Shown: one piece after another, positions 43,640-57,156 of the stretch
Numbering within the stretch: position 1 is the first letter of the stretch
How the letters are laid out: each line of letters begins with the position of its first letter
Source: Balanoglossus misakiensis
Taxonomy: Eukaryota; Animalia; Hemichordata
Assembly (NCBI GenBank): GCA_040954595.2
Contig: CM082585.2
Span: forward strand, 634,814-698,813
Direction: 5' to 3'
DNA length: 64,000 nt
Made by a program: the position numbers and the translations under genes
Notes under the pieces: generated by a model
Seen by the model: the letters and a program-made list of their open reading frames with translations, nothing else
The model's database searches: none
Told to the model about the DNA's origin: nothing

Positions 43640-45470
43640 GGTCGCCCGTAACGGCACGCAGCTACATGCAGCTGTATGGGACCAAAATAATACACCCGAT
43701 TCGGGTGTCACCTGTGACACCTGCATAACTCAATAATTATGTGCATGCGTAATTGTGGGGTCAATGAAAGGGGTGGTAGCGTGGTATTTGTTGCACATGG
43801 ATCAATATGAAGTCCGATTTTCCCGTCAAGTTGTGGGCGACCTTATGTGACCTTTCACCTACTTTTGCTTAGTGAGCATCCACAGCAGATGCATGCAGCT
43901 TTGGCTTGGGGGGCATATACGGATGGGACCATAATGATATACCAAAGGCGGGGTCACCTGGTGCACCTGCCTAAGTCATTGATTTTGTACATTTAATTGG
44001 ACACTAACCAACAGGGCGATAGGTGTGGTTTTTGTTCCACAGGGACGAATGTAAGTGTCAGTTGGTTTTTGCCCAAATGTCCATTGAGGCCTGTATCCGT
44101 GATCTTAAGGACTGGATAACCCAAAACAAGCTTCAACTCAACGACTCCAAAACTGAGATTCTACTTATTCGTTCACAATTTCATCACTCTGCTGATGCTA
44201 TTGACAAGATTACCATTGGTTCAAGCTCTGTTCCCGTCGTTAAATCAGCTCGCAATATTGGTGTAATATTTGACAATACGCACATGTATAAAGATCACAT
44301 CAAGAAAACTTGTCAATCAATATATTACCACTTTCGCCGTGTCGGACAAATCAGGAAATTTCTTAACAAAGCAACATGTCAAACATTGATTCATGCTATT
44401 TTGGCAGCGAAACTCGACAATGGTAATGCATTACTGTATGGTATACCAGAAAGCAGTCTGAACCTTCTACAACGCACACAAAATACAGCTGCAAGAATCA
44501 TAACTCAGTCCAGGAAGTCTGCCCATATAACGCCAGTCCTTCAACTTCTTCATTGGTTACCAGTTCGCCACAGGATAGAGTATAAAATTAATCTGCTCAC
44601 ATACAAAGCCTTAAATAATCTCGCTCCGAACTATATCCGCGATCTCATTCGGACATATTCTCCTGGTCGCAGGCTTCGTTCAGCTAATAAGAGCCTTTTA
44701 TGCACTACAATGTACAAACGTTCTTCATACGGTGGCCGAGCATTCTCACATGCTGCACCGAAACTGTGGAACTCTCTGCCACAAGACATTCGTCAAGCTC
44801 CAAGTTTGAGTATCTTTAAGAAAAGACTGAAGACGCATTATTTCGCAAGAGCATATGGTGTGGGCCAATGAGCACAAGCGCCTTTGAGTATGACACTTGT
44901 TATAGATACTGGCGCTATACAAATTTCTCTGATTGATTGATTGATTGATGTATAAGGTGATTTGGATGACCTCTGTCATACAGTGCCATATCTCATCCCG
45001 TTGTACAGGTGCAGCTTTGGTATTTGGAGGGATGAAACTATCATGAAATGCCAAATACAGGGGGATACCTTTGACACCTGCTTGATTCATGTATTACGTG
45101 CATACCTAATGTTAGGCAAAGTGAAAGGGCTGCAAATGTACGATTTGTTGCACAACACATAAACAGGAATGAAATTTTTCTGTCAAATTTTTGAATGAAC
45201 TCAGGTGTCCATTGACCTGCTTTCCACATGTTAGCATGCACATCATATATAGCCACGTGTTTGGAGGGGTAGGGTAGGACCGTCATGAAATGCTAAATTT
45301 CTAGGGACACCTGTAACTTACTTGCGTAACTCATTATTATGGCCATACCCAATTTTAAAAACCCAAAGGGCGAGAATTTTCCGTTGTCTTGAATATGAAC
45401 CAAATAGGAATCCAAATTTTTGGCCCAATTTTTGAGTACCCTCAGCTGACCTTTGAAGTACTTAACTGAA
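43640..45470. repeat. Unclassified repeat with degenerate internal units, hosting the L2 fragment
   Basis: Recurrent gg(g/t)(g/t)cacctg...acctgc.taa.tca and gggacca..at.ata units on both sides of the L2 insertion. Confidence 0.45.
44081..44948 (+). mobile_element. 5'-truncated L2-clade LINE (ORF2 C-terminus, 3' UTR and tail)
   Basis: WITQNKLQLNDSKTE, LHWLPVRHRIEYKI, GRAFSHAAPKLWNSLP, FKKRLKTHYF. 3' UTR agcgcctttgag..gcgctatacaaat followed by (GATT)n. Confidence 0.9.
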
Positions 45471-45758
45471 GTCCTTACATAACGTAGAAGTTCACTTTTG
45501 GTTGTTGTGTTTGTACTTGTAGGACATCCATTTCGGGTGGTTGCCTACTTCCCCATATCTCCACATCCAGAGCAAATACAGCCTACACATTTGAATGGTA
45601 CAACCCTGAATGGAGTCTAATGGTTATTATCTCTATGCTTGGGCCCCTTCAATGCTGCTTGCAGCTTTAATTATTACTATTATTATTGTCACGATATAAA
45701 GACACCAACTAAAAACTTACAAAATCACAATGTCTTCACAACTCAAAATTTCACTCAC

Positions 45759-46256
45759 TTCTTTTAGTTTGGTAGCCACCCCTCCTTTTTGTCCTAGCAT
45801 AACAGGAGCACCATCACTGCCCAAAGCAGACAGACGATCTCTTAAGACAATACCATTCTCTGAAGAAAACTCTTTCACTGACTGTGCAATGGTGTCTGCT
45901 CTGCCATCACCAACCTAAAAAAGTGAAAATAAAACCTTGATGTTAACACATGCAATGTACAACTCAATGTTTGTCTCACCTGAAATAAGTAGTCAGCTAA
46001 ATCAATTAAATGAGGTCACTCAAAAACATGTTTAATCGTATGTTTTTAATTCAGTGTAGACTTAAAAATTGAAAAACTTTCCACTTACTTCTTTAACTCC
46101 AAGGAAAGACACAACTGACTTCCCAGACTTCAAGGTGTACTTGGAATAGATGATTAATTGCTTCAATACAGCCACATCAGTTGTTTTCATCTATTAACAG
46201 TGAATAGAAGTTACTTCCTTTCATCTTCTCTAAAATCTCATCACGGATGACTTTGC
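45759..46256 (-). pseudogene. Intron-containing hAT transposase fragment (ZNF862-like); exons 46256-46089 and 45914-45759
   Basis: KVIRDEILEKMKGSNFYSLLIDE/TTDVAVLKQLIIYSKY (1-nt frameshift) spliced to VGDGRADTIAQSV..LSALGSDGAPVMLGQKGGVATKLKE. Canonical GT-AG sites; possible CAGGGC terminus at 46776. Confidence 0.8.
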
Positions 46257-46889
46257 CTGAAAAATGAAATAAATGAAAATTACTCTTCAGATTAAACTTA
46301 TCAAAATTCACGGTAATTTGTACAGTAATTATTATTTATTGAATGTAACACTATTGCTTAAACAGTGATCCTTTCTTGAAAACAACCAGGTTTAAATAAA
46401 TGTTACTACATTTATTGTATTGAAATAGATGGGGGGAGGCACAATGAAAATGGCATATGTTTAGCCTATAGATTTCTGGAAACCACTGGTGAACTCGCTG
46501 ATAGTACTGAGCAATCTGAATGATACGAACATAGTGGTTATTTGGTTGTAGATACAAGACCTCTCTGCAAAATTTTCCTCAAAGACGTTTTAAATCCGTA
46601 ACCAAATATAAGCGCACACCATTTATAATGTCATTATATATAATATGATTTTGTGTGATAAAAAATCTGATGTTTGGATTTTAAGTATTACATGCCAGAA
46701 AAGCCTCGTTGCTCACTGCTCATGAAAATGCCACTTGTACAAACATGTTCTAGAATTTCTTAAGTAGAGCGCCCTGATGCCCATGACCAATCCAAGTTTA
46801 TAAATTGTGTTCTATTCAGGTGCATTCTCTTTTGTGTATTTTATTTCAGTTATTTACTGTTCAGGTCTTCTAGTAGAGAATGTTATGAC

Positions 46890-47042
46890 AGAACCCCATG
46901 GCTCGATCGTGCAAGCACGGCGTAACGGTAGTATTTGCATCGAGTGTCTGGCGGTGTATTCTTGCGCCCGTTAATACACCGCCAGCACGAGTGCAAATAC
47001 TACTGGTACGCCGTGCTTGCACGATTGAGCCATGGGGTTCTG
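46890..47042. repeat. Long hairpin element
   Basis: agaaccccatggctc.atcgtgcaagcacggcgta...tacgccgtgcttgcacgat.gagccatggggttct. Confidence 0.8.
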
Positions 47043-48421
47043 TTTTTATTACATATGTTCATCCCATTTTGAAAAAAAGACCGAAAATGAAAGAAATGAG
47101 ACCGCGGAATGATATTGCTTGTTTCGTGAACAGGCCACTCATTTGCATACAGGTATAGCATAATGTTTTTGGTATTGCACTGAGTGCAAATACCGATGTT
47201 ACGCGCGCGCTCGGTGCAAGTAATCGACGGTACATATGTAATAAAAACCCTTGCTTCAACCAATCACAGAGCTTCAATCAGACCAAGTATACCCTGGTAT
47301 TATAAATTTATGATCTATGTTATACAGGTATAGGACATTTTGTCTTTCACCATGTTTACACTGGGTAAAATGAGAAACATTTCAGATACCAGGTTCAGGC
47401 AGGGAAAAATTTGAGACACTATTTGCCTATGGTAAACACAGAGCATTAATCCTTTGAGTCGTTTGTGTCCACACACACGAAGTTTATGTATAGGCACTGC
47501 GAGGCTCGGCCCCATAGACAATGGGTTGCGAAGAGGTGTTAATCATTACACCGGATCAGGTCTGGCTGGCAAAACCGTCTCAAATCTGAAACGTTCCAGG
47601 AAGACTTTAATTGTTCACAAAGTATTTTTTATGTCAATGTTTGAGTTGAGATGTTTCAGAAAACTTTCAATGGTCCCTATGTGAATGCCCTATTTTTAGT
47701 TCCTTTGTGTTGTATGTACAAACACATACAAGTTTCAGCTTTAGGGATCAGTCAGAGCATATTATCAAGCAGTCTGTCTATCGGTTGCTATGTGTGTGTG
47801 TGTGTCATCTCCACAAAAAATATGTAGCACTACATGTACTTCATGAATCACAATATACACACAGTGACTGGCTGTGAGGGTAACATGTGGATGACATGAT
47901 GGTGTTATAATGCTATTAAGTGCAAATGTAAAACCTGGACTACAGGCAAGATTTTTGAAAGGACGGTAAATGTTGATGCAAAGAATGTTTGAGTCAGCCT
48001 ATGCACGTGAACTCAAATATACAGAAAAATTTACAAATCTTAAAGTAACATTTTCATATGGAATTGTGTACTTTTGAAAATCATTTCAAAATCATGTTAT
48101 AGGCTTGTTGAAAGACTGTTGACTACATCTGAATAAAAAGAAACATGAAATTCAAGCAATAACCAGTATTTTACTTCTCTCTTATACATAATCATCATGA
48201 CATGATCAATAGGTCATTTTCATGATCCCTATGTGACTTCTTGACTTGCATATTCATTGGAATGAATCCTCTATTTTGATTTAAAACTCTGTAAGTGCCA
48301 ATAATATTCACTAATTTGAATTCCCCCTTGATCTATTTTTTGAAAAACTTTTCGCCATGTATAGCTCGCACTATTTCTACAAAACAGGGACAAATTGGCT
48401 GAATTTCCAATGTTGTGTTAA

Positions 48422-48925
48422 AGGCACGTAAGCTGCAACTGGATAGAAAATTAAAGTTTTAAATAATCTCATATATGCTTTTAATTATGTCTATTAAATG
48501 ATATTTCATGATAATATATCAAGCTCAACACTTATTTATGACAAAATAGCCAAAAATTAAAGAAAAACGAAAATTCCTGCAATTTTTAAAAAAGTGCAAT
48601 ATTGCAATGAAAAATGAAAATCTGATGTCTCAGTGGTGTACATTTACTTCCATGAGCTCAAGTGGATGAGATCATGTTTTGTTTATGAAGTTTCACAACC
48701 GGAAATGCAACATTTTCATTGTTTCTTGCATTTTCCCACGGTGGCGGCCATAATCGCTTGCGGCAAAGCTTTATTATTTATCTGGTTAAAACTTGCATAT
48801 GCACTCATATTTAGGGTTTATAATGCTTGTGTATAGTTCACTGCCTTCATCTGCATGGACTAATGGTAGTTCAGTTTGAAACAAAAATTATGAAAATTAT
48901 CCCAAAAGTTACAGCTTACGTGCCT
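48422..48925. mobile_element. TTAA-flanked non-autonomous element (Kolobok-like); partial copy about 20080-20410
   Basis: TTAA at 48418-48421 and 48926-48929; TIR aggcacgtaagctg.aact / agtt.cagcttacgtgcct. Confidence 0.8.
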
Positions 48926-49310
48926 TTAACTGTTTTATTAATCATGAGGAAAAAGCGCCGGGCTTATAACTTCCACGGGCGCGCCCAACATTATTTGGGC
49001 GATACCATTTTGTGGTAGGTGTCACTGGCAAACATGCACCGGACTTCTGATTTATATACTACATGTACTAGGGTCTCACTTGTTGCAACAGTGTTAAAGA
49101 AATCAAACGGTTTTGTTTTGGCCGGTAAACACCGATGGATTAACTCTTAAGTCCATCGTGCATCCAAACGCAGTCGAGTCGGTTCGGTCATTGTTTATGC
49201 GACAGTAAATGCCAAATGTGACAGAAGCATCATATTAAATGAGATAGAATACACAAACAAACAAACATACGAATAAACAAACAGGCAAACAAACAAACAA
49301 ACAACCATTA

Positions 49311-49559
49311 GGGACTGTTCAGAATTTACTTCCAAGTTGGGGATGGAGGATTTTTTATTTTCCTGGTGATTCCCATGGTCTCCCCTAGTAAATTGTGGAG
49401 GAAATATGTGGTCCCCCCTTAAATTTCCTGGGGATTTTCCATGGTCCCCCTATTGTGACTTTTATGTCTAGTCTCCCCTAATTTGTCTTGGAGAAAATGG
49501 GTGGTCCCCCCCCCCTCTGAAAATTCTCCGCCCCCTGGAAGTAAATTCTGAACAGTCCC
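49311..49559. mobile_element. MITE with GGG termini (PIF/Harbinger-like)
   Basis: TIR gggactgttcagaatttacttcca / tggaagtaaattctgaacagtccc; internal ggtcccc repeats; left flank TTA. Confidence 0.7.
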
Positions 49560-51540
49560 TTGTTAAAGCCAACAGCTAGCACCCTGGCTTCTCTGCCAGA
49601 GGAGCGATAACATCGACAAAATGCAGATACACAAGAAATGAGCACTTTATTCCACAAGTGAAGTAGTCTGTTCCCTGCCCCATTCCCACCGCTGGCTGCG
49701 CCCTTGAGCGTAGCGCCGATGGCAGTGGGAATGGGGCAGGGGACCTAGTCCAGGAGCTAGATGCCGTTAATCAGAATTTTTGGTAAGGAAGGTTTGAGAG
49801 GTCCATTCTATGTAAAAAATGGTGCTGATTCCAAAAATGTCAGTCTTATTGACCCCACTCAAGACAAAATTGCCATTTTGGCCATTTTTAACCCAAAAAT
49901 GGTGTTTTTTTAAGAAAACACTAAAACACACTGTTTTCGTCACATTCTAAGATCTGATGACATATGATATGCTTATTCTATGTAAAATTTGGTGAATATT
50001 ACGAAAAAAATAGTTCGATTGACCCAAAACAACAGAAAATTGCCTTTTTGACCATTTTTTGCCAAAAAAAACGTCATTTTTAGAAAAAATTTAAAACACA
50101 CGGTTTTCTTCATAATAGTTGATCTGGTGATATATGGAAAGTCAATTCTATGTTAAAAGTGGTGACTTTAAAAAATAAAACAGTCTTTTTGACCTCAATC
50201 AATACAAAAATGCCATTTTTGGCCACTTTTAGAGGTCAAAAAAGGTCATTTTTACAAAAAAACTAAAAATAAATTGTGTTTTTCATATTCAGAGATCATT
50301 GGATATATGAAGTGTCCATTCTATGTAAAAAAACGGTGCTGATTTCAGAAATAGCAGTCTTATTGACCCTACTCAAGAAAAAAATGCCATTTTTACCACT
50401 TTTTGCCCCAAAACGTCATTTTTAGAAAACACTCAAAATTTATATATTTTCTTCACTTTCGGAGATCTGATAATGTATTATATGCCCACTATATGTGAAA
50501 AATTTCCAAAAAAGCAGTTTTATTGATGCCACCCAAGATAAAAGTGCCCTTTGGCAAGTTTTTGCCCAAAAAGTGTCATTTCTAGAAAACACCCAAAACT
50601 TTTATATTTTCTTCACTTTCGGAGATGATGATGTATTATATACCCACTCTATGTGAAAAAATTCAAAAAAAAAAATTACTAGCGCCACTCAAGAAAACAG
50701 TGCTTTTTTGACAAGTTTTTGCCCAAAAAGCCACTTTTCGAAAATCATTATAAACAAACTGTTTGATTCTTATTTGGAGATTCTATGATGTGTGAAAAGT
50801 ACATTTATTGTAAAATAGGTGTTGATTCCAGAAATGCAGTCTTAATGACCTCAACCATGATGAAATCACCTTTTTGGCTAAGTTTTGCACAAAATTGTTA
50901 TTTTTAAGAATATATTAATAAGCATTCTCTTTTCTTCACTTTCGGTGATCTTATTATAAATAAAAGCCCATTCTATATTGAAACGTGGTTACTGTTCCAA
51001 AAACGGAAGTCTTACTTATGTTACGATCTGTATAAAGGTCAAATACGATTTCAAGGGTTAATTAATCCAGAGATCGGGAATGTCAATGTTTGATAGTATT
51101 TGATTTTATGTATTTGAAGTAGATAGGGAGAGCGGGTGTTTAACTGACTGCTCTGATTGTCAATCATCACCGAACTGACTTTGTTATATAACACTTTATG
51201 TAAATTGGTTCGTATAGAGTTGACTGATGCCCAATGAAATTGTAACACATATATTTTACATTAATAACCACGCCTTGAGAAAAGTAATTATAAGAGAACT
51301 TTGTTTCCAAAGTTAGGAGAAATAATCTAACGGGAGATGGGAGTACCTCAGGCTACTGAGCTCGTTCCCTTCCTCATGTACTTTACTGGGCGTATTTGAT
51401 GTACTGGAGTAGTTCTGCACAATAAATGAACGTGAATCAGATACGTGTCTCCGTGGATCACTGTTCTCGTCAGAGCCCGATACCTCATCGCTACAGATTC
51501 CCCGATGCATGAACAATCATGAGAAACAAGCCGTAATACA

Positions 51541-51557
51541 TGGTGGAGATGTCGGGG
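51541..51557 (+). promoter_or_regulatory. Primer-binding site complementary to tRNA-Ala 3' end
   Basis: tggtggagatgtcgggg directly after the LTR, versus the recalled tRNA-Ala complement TGGTGGAGATGCCGGGG. Confidence 0.75.
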
Positions 51558-51615
51558 TAGACGAAACAAATCCATCGGAGACAGAAACGGCGACGACCAG
51601 CGGAAAGATTACAGC

Positions 51616-54600
51616 ATGGATCGCGAGATGCTAAACGACATGAACAGTCAAATATCGGAAATACGACAGGTTACACTGAGAACTGGAGGTCAGGTAGGCC
51701 CAGGTTTCTTTTCGGGTACAGAGACTGAGAATGCACACCGATGGTGGAACAAATATATAGACTTTGCTGACTTTAAGTAATGGTCAGACGAGAAACGGCT
51801 TAAAGGAATCGGACTATATTTGACTGGTGAAGCGGAGCGATGGTTCTACAGACTGTCTGCTGAAAAGAAAAATGACTTGACGACACTGCAAAATGTCTTC
51901 CTCGCTCGTTTTGATAAGTGCGGTCCGATGTGGCTGTATGACGAGAAACTGTTTCGCCTGAAGCAACTGCCGGACCAGACTGTTGAACAATATGCGGAAT
52001 TAATATGCGAAAAAGCAGAAAAAGCGAAAAAGACTGATGAGGAAATACTATCTTTCTTCATGAACGGACTGAGACCGGACATACTAAAGTTCGTAGCGGG
52101 AATGTCACCTAAGGACTTCGAAACAGCGTACAAACATGCTCGAACAGCAGAGGTCGTGGCAGGATTACCAGAGACAGACGAGCCAGAAGCGGGTCTTTTA
52201 CAACAAATCTCGACACGGATTGACGAGATGAAACAAGAAGATCAAGAAGTGAAGACCAAACCAAGCGCGGCAGATCATCGAGGACGATCGACAAAAAGAG
52301 AGAAGAAATCGCCGAATTACAGAACAAGAGAACGAACAATAGACAATAAGGTAAAGAGGAACAGATATAATTTTACTGGGCACTCTACCCAACGTTTTCC
52401 TCGACATAGTCAATTTAATTCCCGTGCATGTTTTAATTGTGGGCGTTACGATCATATAGCTAGAAATTGTTCAAAATATGCGTTCTCTGGAAATGTTTCG
52501 AAGCTTAGTCGGAAATTTTATTTTGATGGATCGTCCGACAGGAGGTCATGTACAGGTATAAATGCACTCGGGAAAGAGGGTGCCTATAATGTTAAAGATG
52601 GTGTAAACGTTGTTAACAAAGATGGGTGTGCTTTTCATGAGAATGTTATTCCAATTTCAATATGTCATGAAAAAGTGACGTCATTAATTGATACTGGAGC
52701 ACATATTACTGTAGCTCCTATTCGGTTGTTAGAGCTAGTACCCGCTCTAAAGAATTATCCGATGTTCAAGTCCAGATATAATTGTGTACATACAGCACAC
52801 GAAGAGAAATTGGAGGTAATTGGATTTATGAAAATACCTGCTTTTATTGGGAATAAGCGTGTATTACTGTATGTTAATTTAGTTGAGTCTCTTCAGCATA
52901 ATCTGATTTTGGGACTTGATTTTATGAAGCGTTATAGAGCTGTTATTGATTTCAAGGGTAATATTTTAAGATTACAATCAGACGTACCGTTAAGAACAAA
53001 TGTTGATGTTAACATTTCACCTGGAAGTGAAATGGTTATTCCAGTGAAAGTACCGTATAAATATCTTACTGGAGTTTTAGGTTGTATTTGTGATAAACGA
53101 ACACGCTTAACCCCGGGTATTTTGGTAGCTAAGGGGTTGGCCTATTCGAATAAGAATTTTCTTCCCATGCGAGTTGTAAACACTTTGGATACTGTGGTCA
53201 AAATTAAGAAAAATAGTGTTGTTGGAATGTTTTCGCCCTTGCCCCGTAATAGTGAAATAGTCCTACTCGATAATACTGCCGTTAATTGTGTCTCACCTCA
53301 AGGGCCCCGTACACAGAAAGAGACGGATCATTTGATGGGTCAATTGAAATTTAATGAATTAGAGATAACTAAGGCACAGCGTAAACAGCTTAGAGATGTT
53401 TTACTGCACAATATGGAAGCTTTTGTTGATTCTAGTGGTCGTTTAGGCAACTGTGATGTAATCAAACATACAATACGATTACAAGAGGGTGCTGCCCCGT
53501 TCCGTCGCCCACCTTACCGAGTAACGCCTGAGAAAAGGCGTGAACTTGAGCGACAAGTTGATCAGCTGTTAGAACAAAATATTATCGAGCCGTCCACTTC
53601 ACCGTTTGCTAGTCCAGTAGTTTTAGTCAAAAAGCCTGATGGTTCGTGGCGTTTTTGCACAGATTTCCGTCATTTGAATAATATTACAGTGCCTGATTCG
53701 TTTCCCTTTCCTAGAACTGACGAATCTCTTGAAATGTTAGGCAAGAATAAGCCTCAGTATTTTTCGACGCTTGATTTACAGTCAGGATTTTTTCAATTGG
53801 AATTAGATGAAGAGAGCAGACCAAAAACAGCTTTTGTCACACATCAAGGTTTATATCAATACAGGAGACTTGCCCAGGGGTTGCGAAATAGTCCCAGTTG
53901 TTTTCAGCGTACTATGCAACACGTGTTACGCAATATTATGTGGCAATATGTGTTATGTTATATCGATGATATTATTATATTTAGCAGCTCTTTTGAGGAG
54001 CATCTTCAACACATTGATACTGTCCTAACCAGGTTACGTCAAGCTGGATTGAAATTAAAGCCCAGCAAATGTCAATTTATGAGAAAGAGTGTTAAATTTT
54101 TGGGTCATATTATCAGTAAGGATGGAATTGCGGTTGACGAGAGTAAAGTAACAGCTGTTAAAGAATATCCCCGTCCTCATACTGTCACACAGCTGAAATC
54201 ATTTTTGGGGTTGGCCAATTATTATAGAAAGTTTATAAAGAATTTCTCGATCATTGCAAGGCCTCTGCATAAATTGTTGGGAAAGGACACGAAATTTGAA
54301 TGGGATGATCGATGCGAACATGCATTTGAGAAATTAAAACATGTCCTGTGTCAAGCACCAATTCTAGGGTATCCTGATATGAATGAAAATTTCACAATTT
54401 ATACCGATAGTTCCACCCATGCCCTGGGGTTTGTTTTAGGTCAACGACAGAATGGTGTTGAACGAGTGATTTTATATGGGGGTCGAAGTTTAAACTGTCA
54501 CGAAAGAAATTACTCAATTACAGAATTGGAAGCTTTGGCCGTCATTCATGCTATCCGACAATGTGATCACTATGTACGGAGCAACCATGTCACTATAGTG

Positions 54601-55311
54601 ACTGATCACTCCAATCTGACTTACATGTTTAAACAGAAAATACCAAGGGGGCGTATTGGCCGTTGGATAATGACCATGCAGCAGTACGATTACGAAATTA
54701 TCTATAGACCTGGTAAGAAACACATGAATGCTGACGGGTTGTCAAGGAGACCATATCAACAATGTGAGGGGTACAAGTCTGACGTCACTGATTTAGAGCA
54801 TGCGCCTGAAATGAATTACAAGCCTAACAGTCAGCCAATGGTAGATAAGTGTGTAAACACTGAGCCCATAAACTCACCTTATATAAATAATATACATACA
54901 GGGCAACAAACCGAACCTGAGGTTCATAATTCTGCTAATAGTGAGGACACATCTGGGTATGGGCTTTTACTTAACAGTTCTAACGACACTTCTAACACTG
55001 ACGTGGAGGAAAATGCTTCCAACACTGAAGTGGATAAAACATTCGACAGTGAGGTGCAATCACGAATGAAGGGAGAACAGAGAAAGGATAATTATTTGAA
55101 TAAATTTCTTAATTATTTAGAGAATGATGAGTTACCAACTGATCAAAAGTTAGCTCGTAAATTTGTTAGTATGGCTCCAAATTATGACATTGTTGACGGG
55201 GTTTTGTATCATTTTTGGAAACCTACGGGGAAATCAGCTGGTAAATTAGATTGTGTTAGACAGGTTGTGATACCTAATTATGCGAAATTATGTTCTGCGG
55301 TGGGCTCATGA
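51616..55311 (+). CDS. Gypsy gag-pol (capsid, CCHC knuckle, protease, RT, RNase H), with a premature stop near the start
   Basis: ATG at 51616 is in frame, TAA at 51778-51780. Motifs CFNCGRYDHIARNC, LIDTGA, ILGLDF, YIDD, YTDSS, ELEALAV, TDH, NADGLSR. Confidence 0.93.
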
Positions 55312-56782
55312 TTGCGTTTTAGCGGGACATTTGGGATACACTAAAACGTTGGGAGTTTTAAGACAGAGGTATTTTTGGGAAAGGATGCCCCGGGATGTTA
55401 ATATGTACGTAAAGACATGCGCACATTGTCACACACGAAAGAGAGCCACACCCCCTACTCATGCTAAGTTGTTACCTATTCCAGTATCAGGACCCTGGGA
55501 CCGACTGGGTATGGATATTGTGGGACCCCTCCCTAGAACGTATGATGGTCATAAATACATCTTAGTACTTACTGATTACTTTACTAAATTTCCACTAGCA
55601 TATCCATTACGTAATGCACGAGCTGAGACAGTCGCTAAGATCTTGTTTGATGAAGTAATTGCTACTTATGGCAGCCCCAGAGTTTTGCTGAGTGATCAGG
55701 GATCGAATTTTTTATCCCAAGTAGTTCGTGAAACTTGCAAATTTTTCAACATCCAGAGGAAAGTTTCGACCCCTTATCGTCCACAGACTAATGGCCTTAC
55801 AGAGCGTTTCAATGGTTGCCTAGTCGACATGCTCTCCATGTTTGTCGATAGTAAACAGAAAGATTGGGATCGGTACCTAAGTTCAATGCTTTTCGCTTAT
55901 AGAGTTAGCCCTCAAGAGTCCAGTGGGTTCAGTCCTTATTATCTGTTATATGGTCGGCATCCCACATTGCCCATGGATGTTGAATTCCAGCCAGTTGAGG
56001 GGAGGACGAGAAATATAGATACACACCTTAAACATTTAGCTGCTAAAAGGGAGATAGCTCATAAAATCGCCAAAGAGAATATAGATCGATATCAACAGAA
56101 TATGAAGGACCGTTATGATCAAAATATCCAACGGTCACAAAATCTTAAAGTGGGGGATCCTGTATATTTATACACACCATCTGTTAAACCAGGAGTTAAT
56201 AAGAAATTCGTACATAAGTGGACAGGTCCTTACATTATTTCTGAGAAGGTGGGTCCTGTTAATTACAAGTTGCGTTTCATAAATAGCACCAGGAATTATC
56301 GAAAGGTCATTCATGTGAATAGACTTAAAAGAGCTTATTTGCGCCCCTCGGAGTTTGACTCATCCTCATCTGATGAGTCGTGTGAAGAAAACGATGTCCC
56401 AGAAACCACAAATTATGAAAATGGGACCGAAATATGTCAAAGTCCAGAAGCAGAAACATATGCAGAATCAGACAATGGTTCTGATCAAATTGAGGGATTG
56501 AAAGATTTGTCGTCAAGGACAAATCCCAGTGCTTTCGATGAAACTGACAACAATGGAAATTGTCAGACTAATGCTTCTGAGCCATTTTACGATATAGACA
56601 ATGTGTTAAAGGGTCGATATAGAAATGGGAAATTACAGTATTTGGTTAAGTGGAAGAATTATTCAAACAAACATAATACGTGGGAGGATGAAGACAATTT
56701 GAATGAAACTGCGAAAGAGTATTTGATAAGAAATCCTGTAAAGATACAAGGGAAACAGGTTATAGCACATTTGCACATTTAA
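55280..56782 (+). CDS. Gypsy integrase with C-terminal chromodomain, frameshifted relative to pol
   Basis: HHCC motif (AHD..AGH..CAHC), MDIVGPLP, SDQGSNF, QTNGLTERFN, GPY motif (WTGPY), chromodomain YDIDNVLKGRYRNGKLQYLVKWKNYSNKHNTWE. Confidence 0.93.
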   Translation: MRNYVLRWAHDCVLAGHLGYTKTLGVLRQRYFWERMPRDVNMYVKTCAHCHTRKRATPPTHAKLLPIPVSGPWDRLGMDIVGPLPRTYDGHKYILVLTDYFTKFPLAYPLRNARAETVAKILFDEVIATYGSPRVLLSDQGSNFLSQVVRETCKFFNIQRKVSTPYRPQTNGLTERFNGCLVDMLSMFVDSKQKDWDRYLSSMLFAYRVSPQESSGFSPYYLLYGRHPTLPMDVEFQPVEGRTRNIDTHLKHLAAKREIAHKIAKENIDRYQQNMKDRYDQNIQRSQNLKVGDPVYLYTPSVKPGVNKKFVHKWTGPYIISEKVGPVNYKLRFINSTRNYRKVIHVNRLKRAYLRPSEFDSSSSDESCEENDVPETTNYENGTEICQSPEAETYAESDNGSDQIEGLKDLSSRTNPSAFDETDNNGNCQTNASEPFYDIDNVLKGRYRNGKLQYLVKWKNYSNKHNTWEDEDNLNETAKEYLIRNPVKIQGKQVIAHLHI

Positions 56783-57143
56783 ATCTATGGACAGAGAAAT
56801 ATATACGTAACAGAAAAAAAAACGGAAAAGGGAGACACGTGGTTGAGTGAATTGAAAATGTGAATATGATTATATGACAGAATCATACGCTATTTCCCTC
56901 GGCCTACGGCCTCGGGAAATAGCATGTGATTCTGGTAACTCACAGCCCCTCGGGTGTAATAAACGGCCGCTATGGCCCTCATGGCCAGGCAATAGGTGTT
57001 CATTATTCTGTAGTAATTTGTGTATTGTAATTTTATAAATTTTTAAGACAATCACTTCATAGACATAACTCGATTTTTTTCAAATATACCCTTGGTGTAC
57101 TGCTCTTTAAGAGATTTGTGTCCAATGCGGGACGCATTGGTTT

Positions 57144-57156
57144 AAAAGGAGGGGAG
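57144..57156 (+). promoter_or_regulatory. Polypurine tract
   Basis: aaaaggaggggag immediately before the 3' LTR TG. Confidence 0.9.

Noticed and set aside
51051-51575. Recurrent ORFs MLQFHWASVNS.. and MFMHRGICSDEV.. seen three times
   Set aside because: They are incidental frames in the three LTR copies.
55270-55311. Programmed frameshift between RNase H and integrase
   Set aside because: No slippery heptamer is evident, Gypsy pol is normally continuous here, and gag also has a stop, so mutation is more likely.
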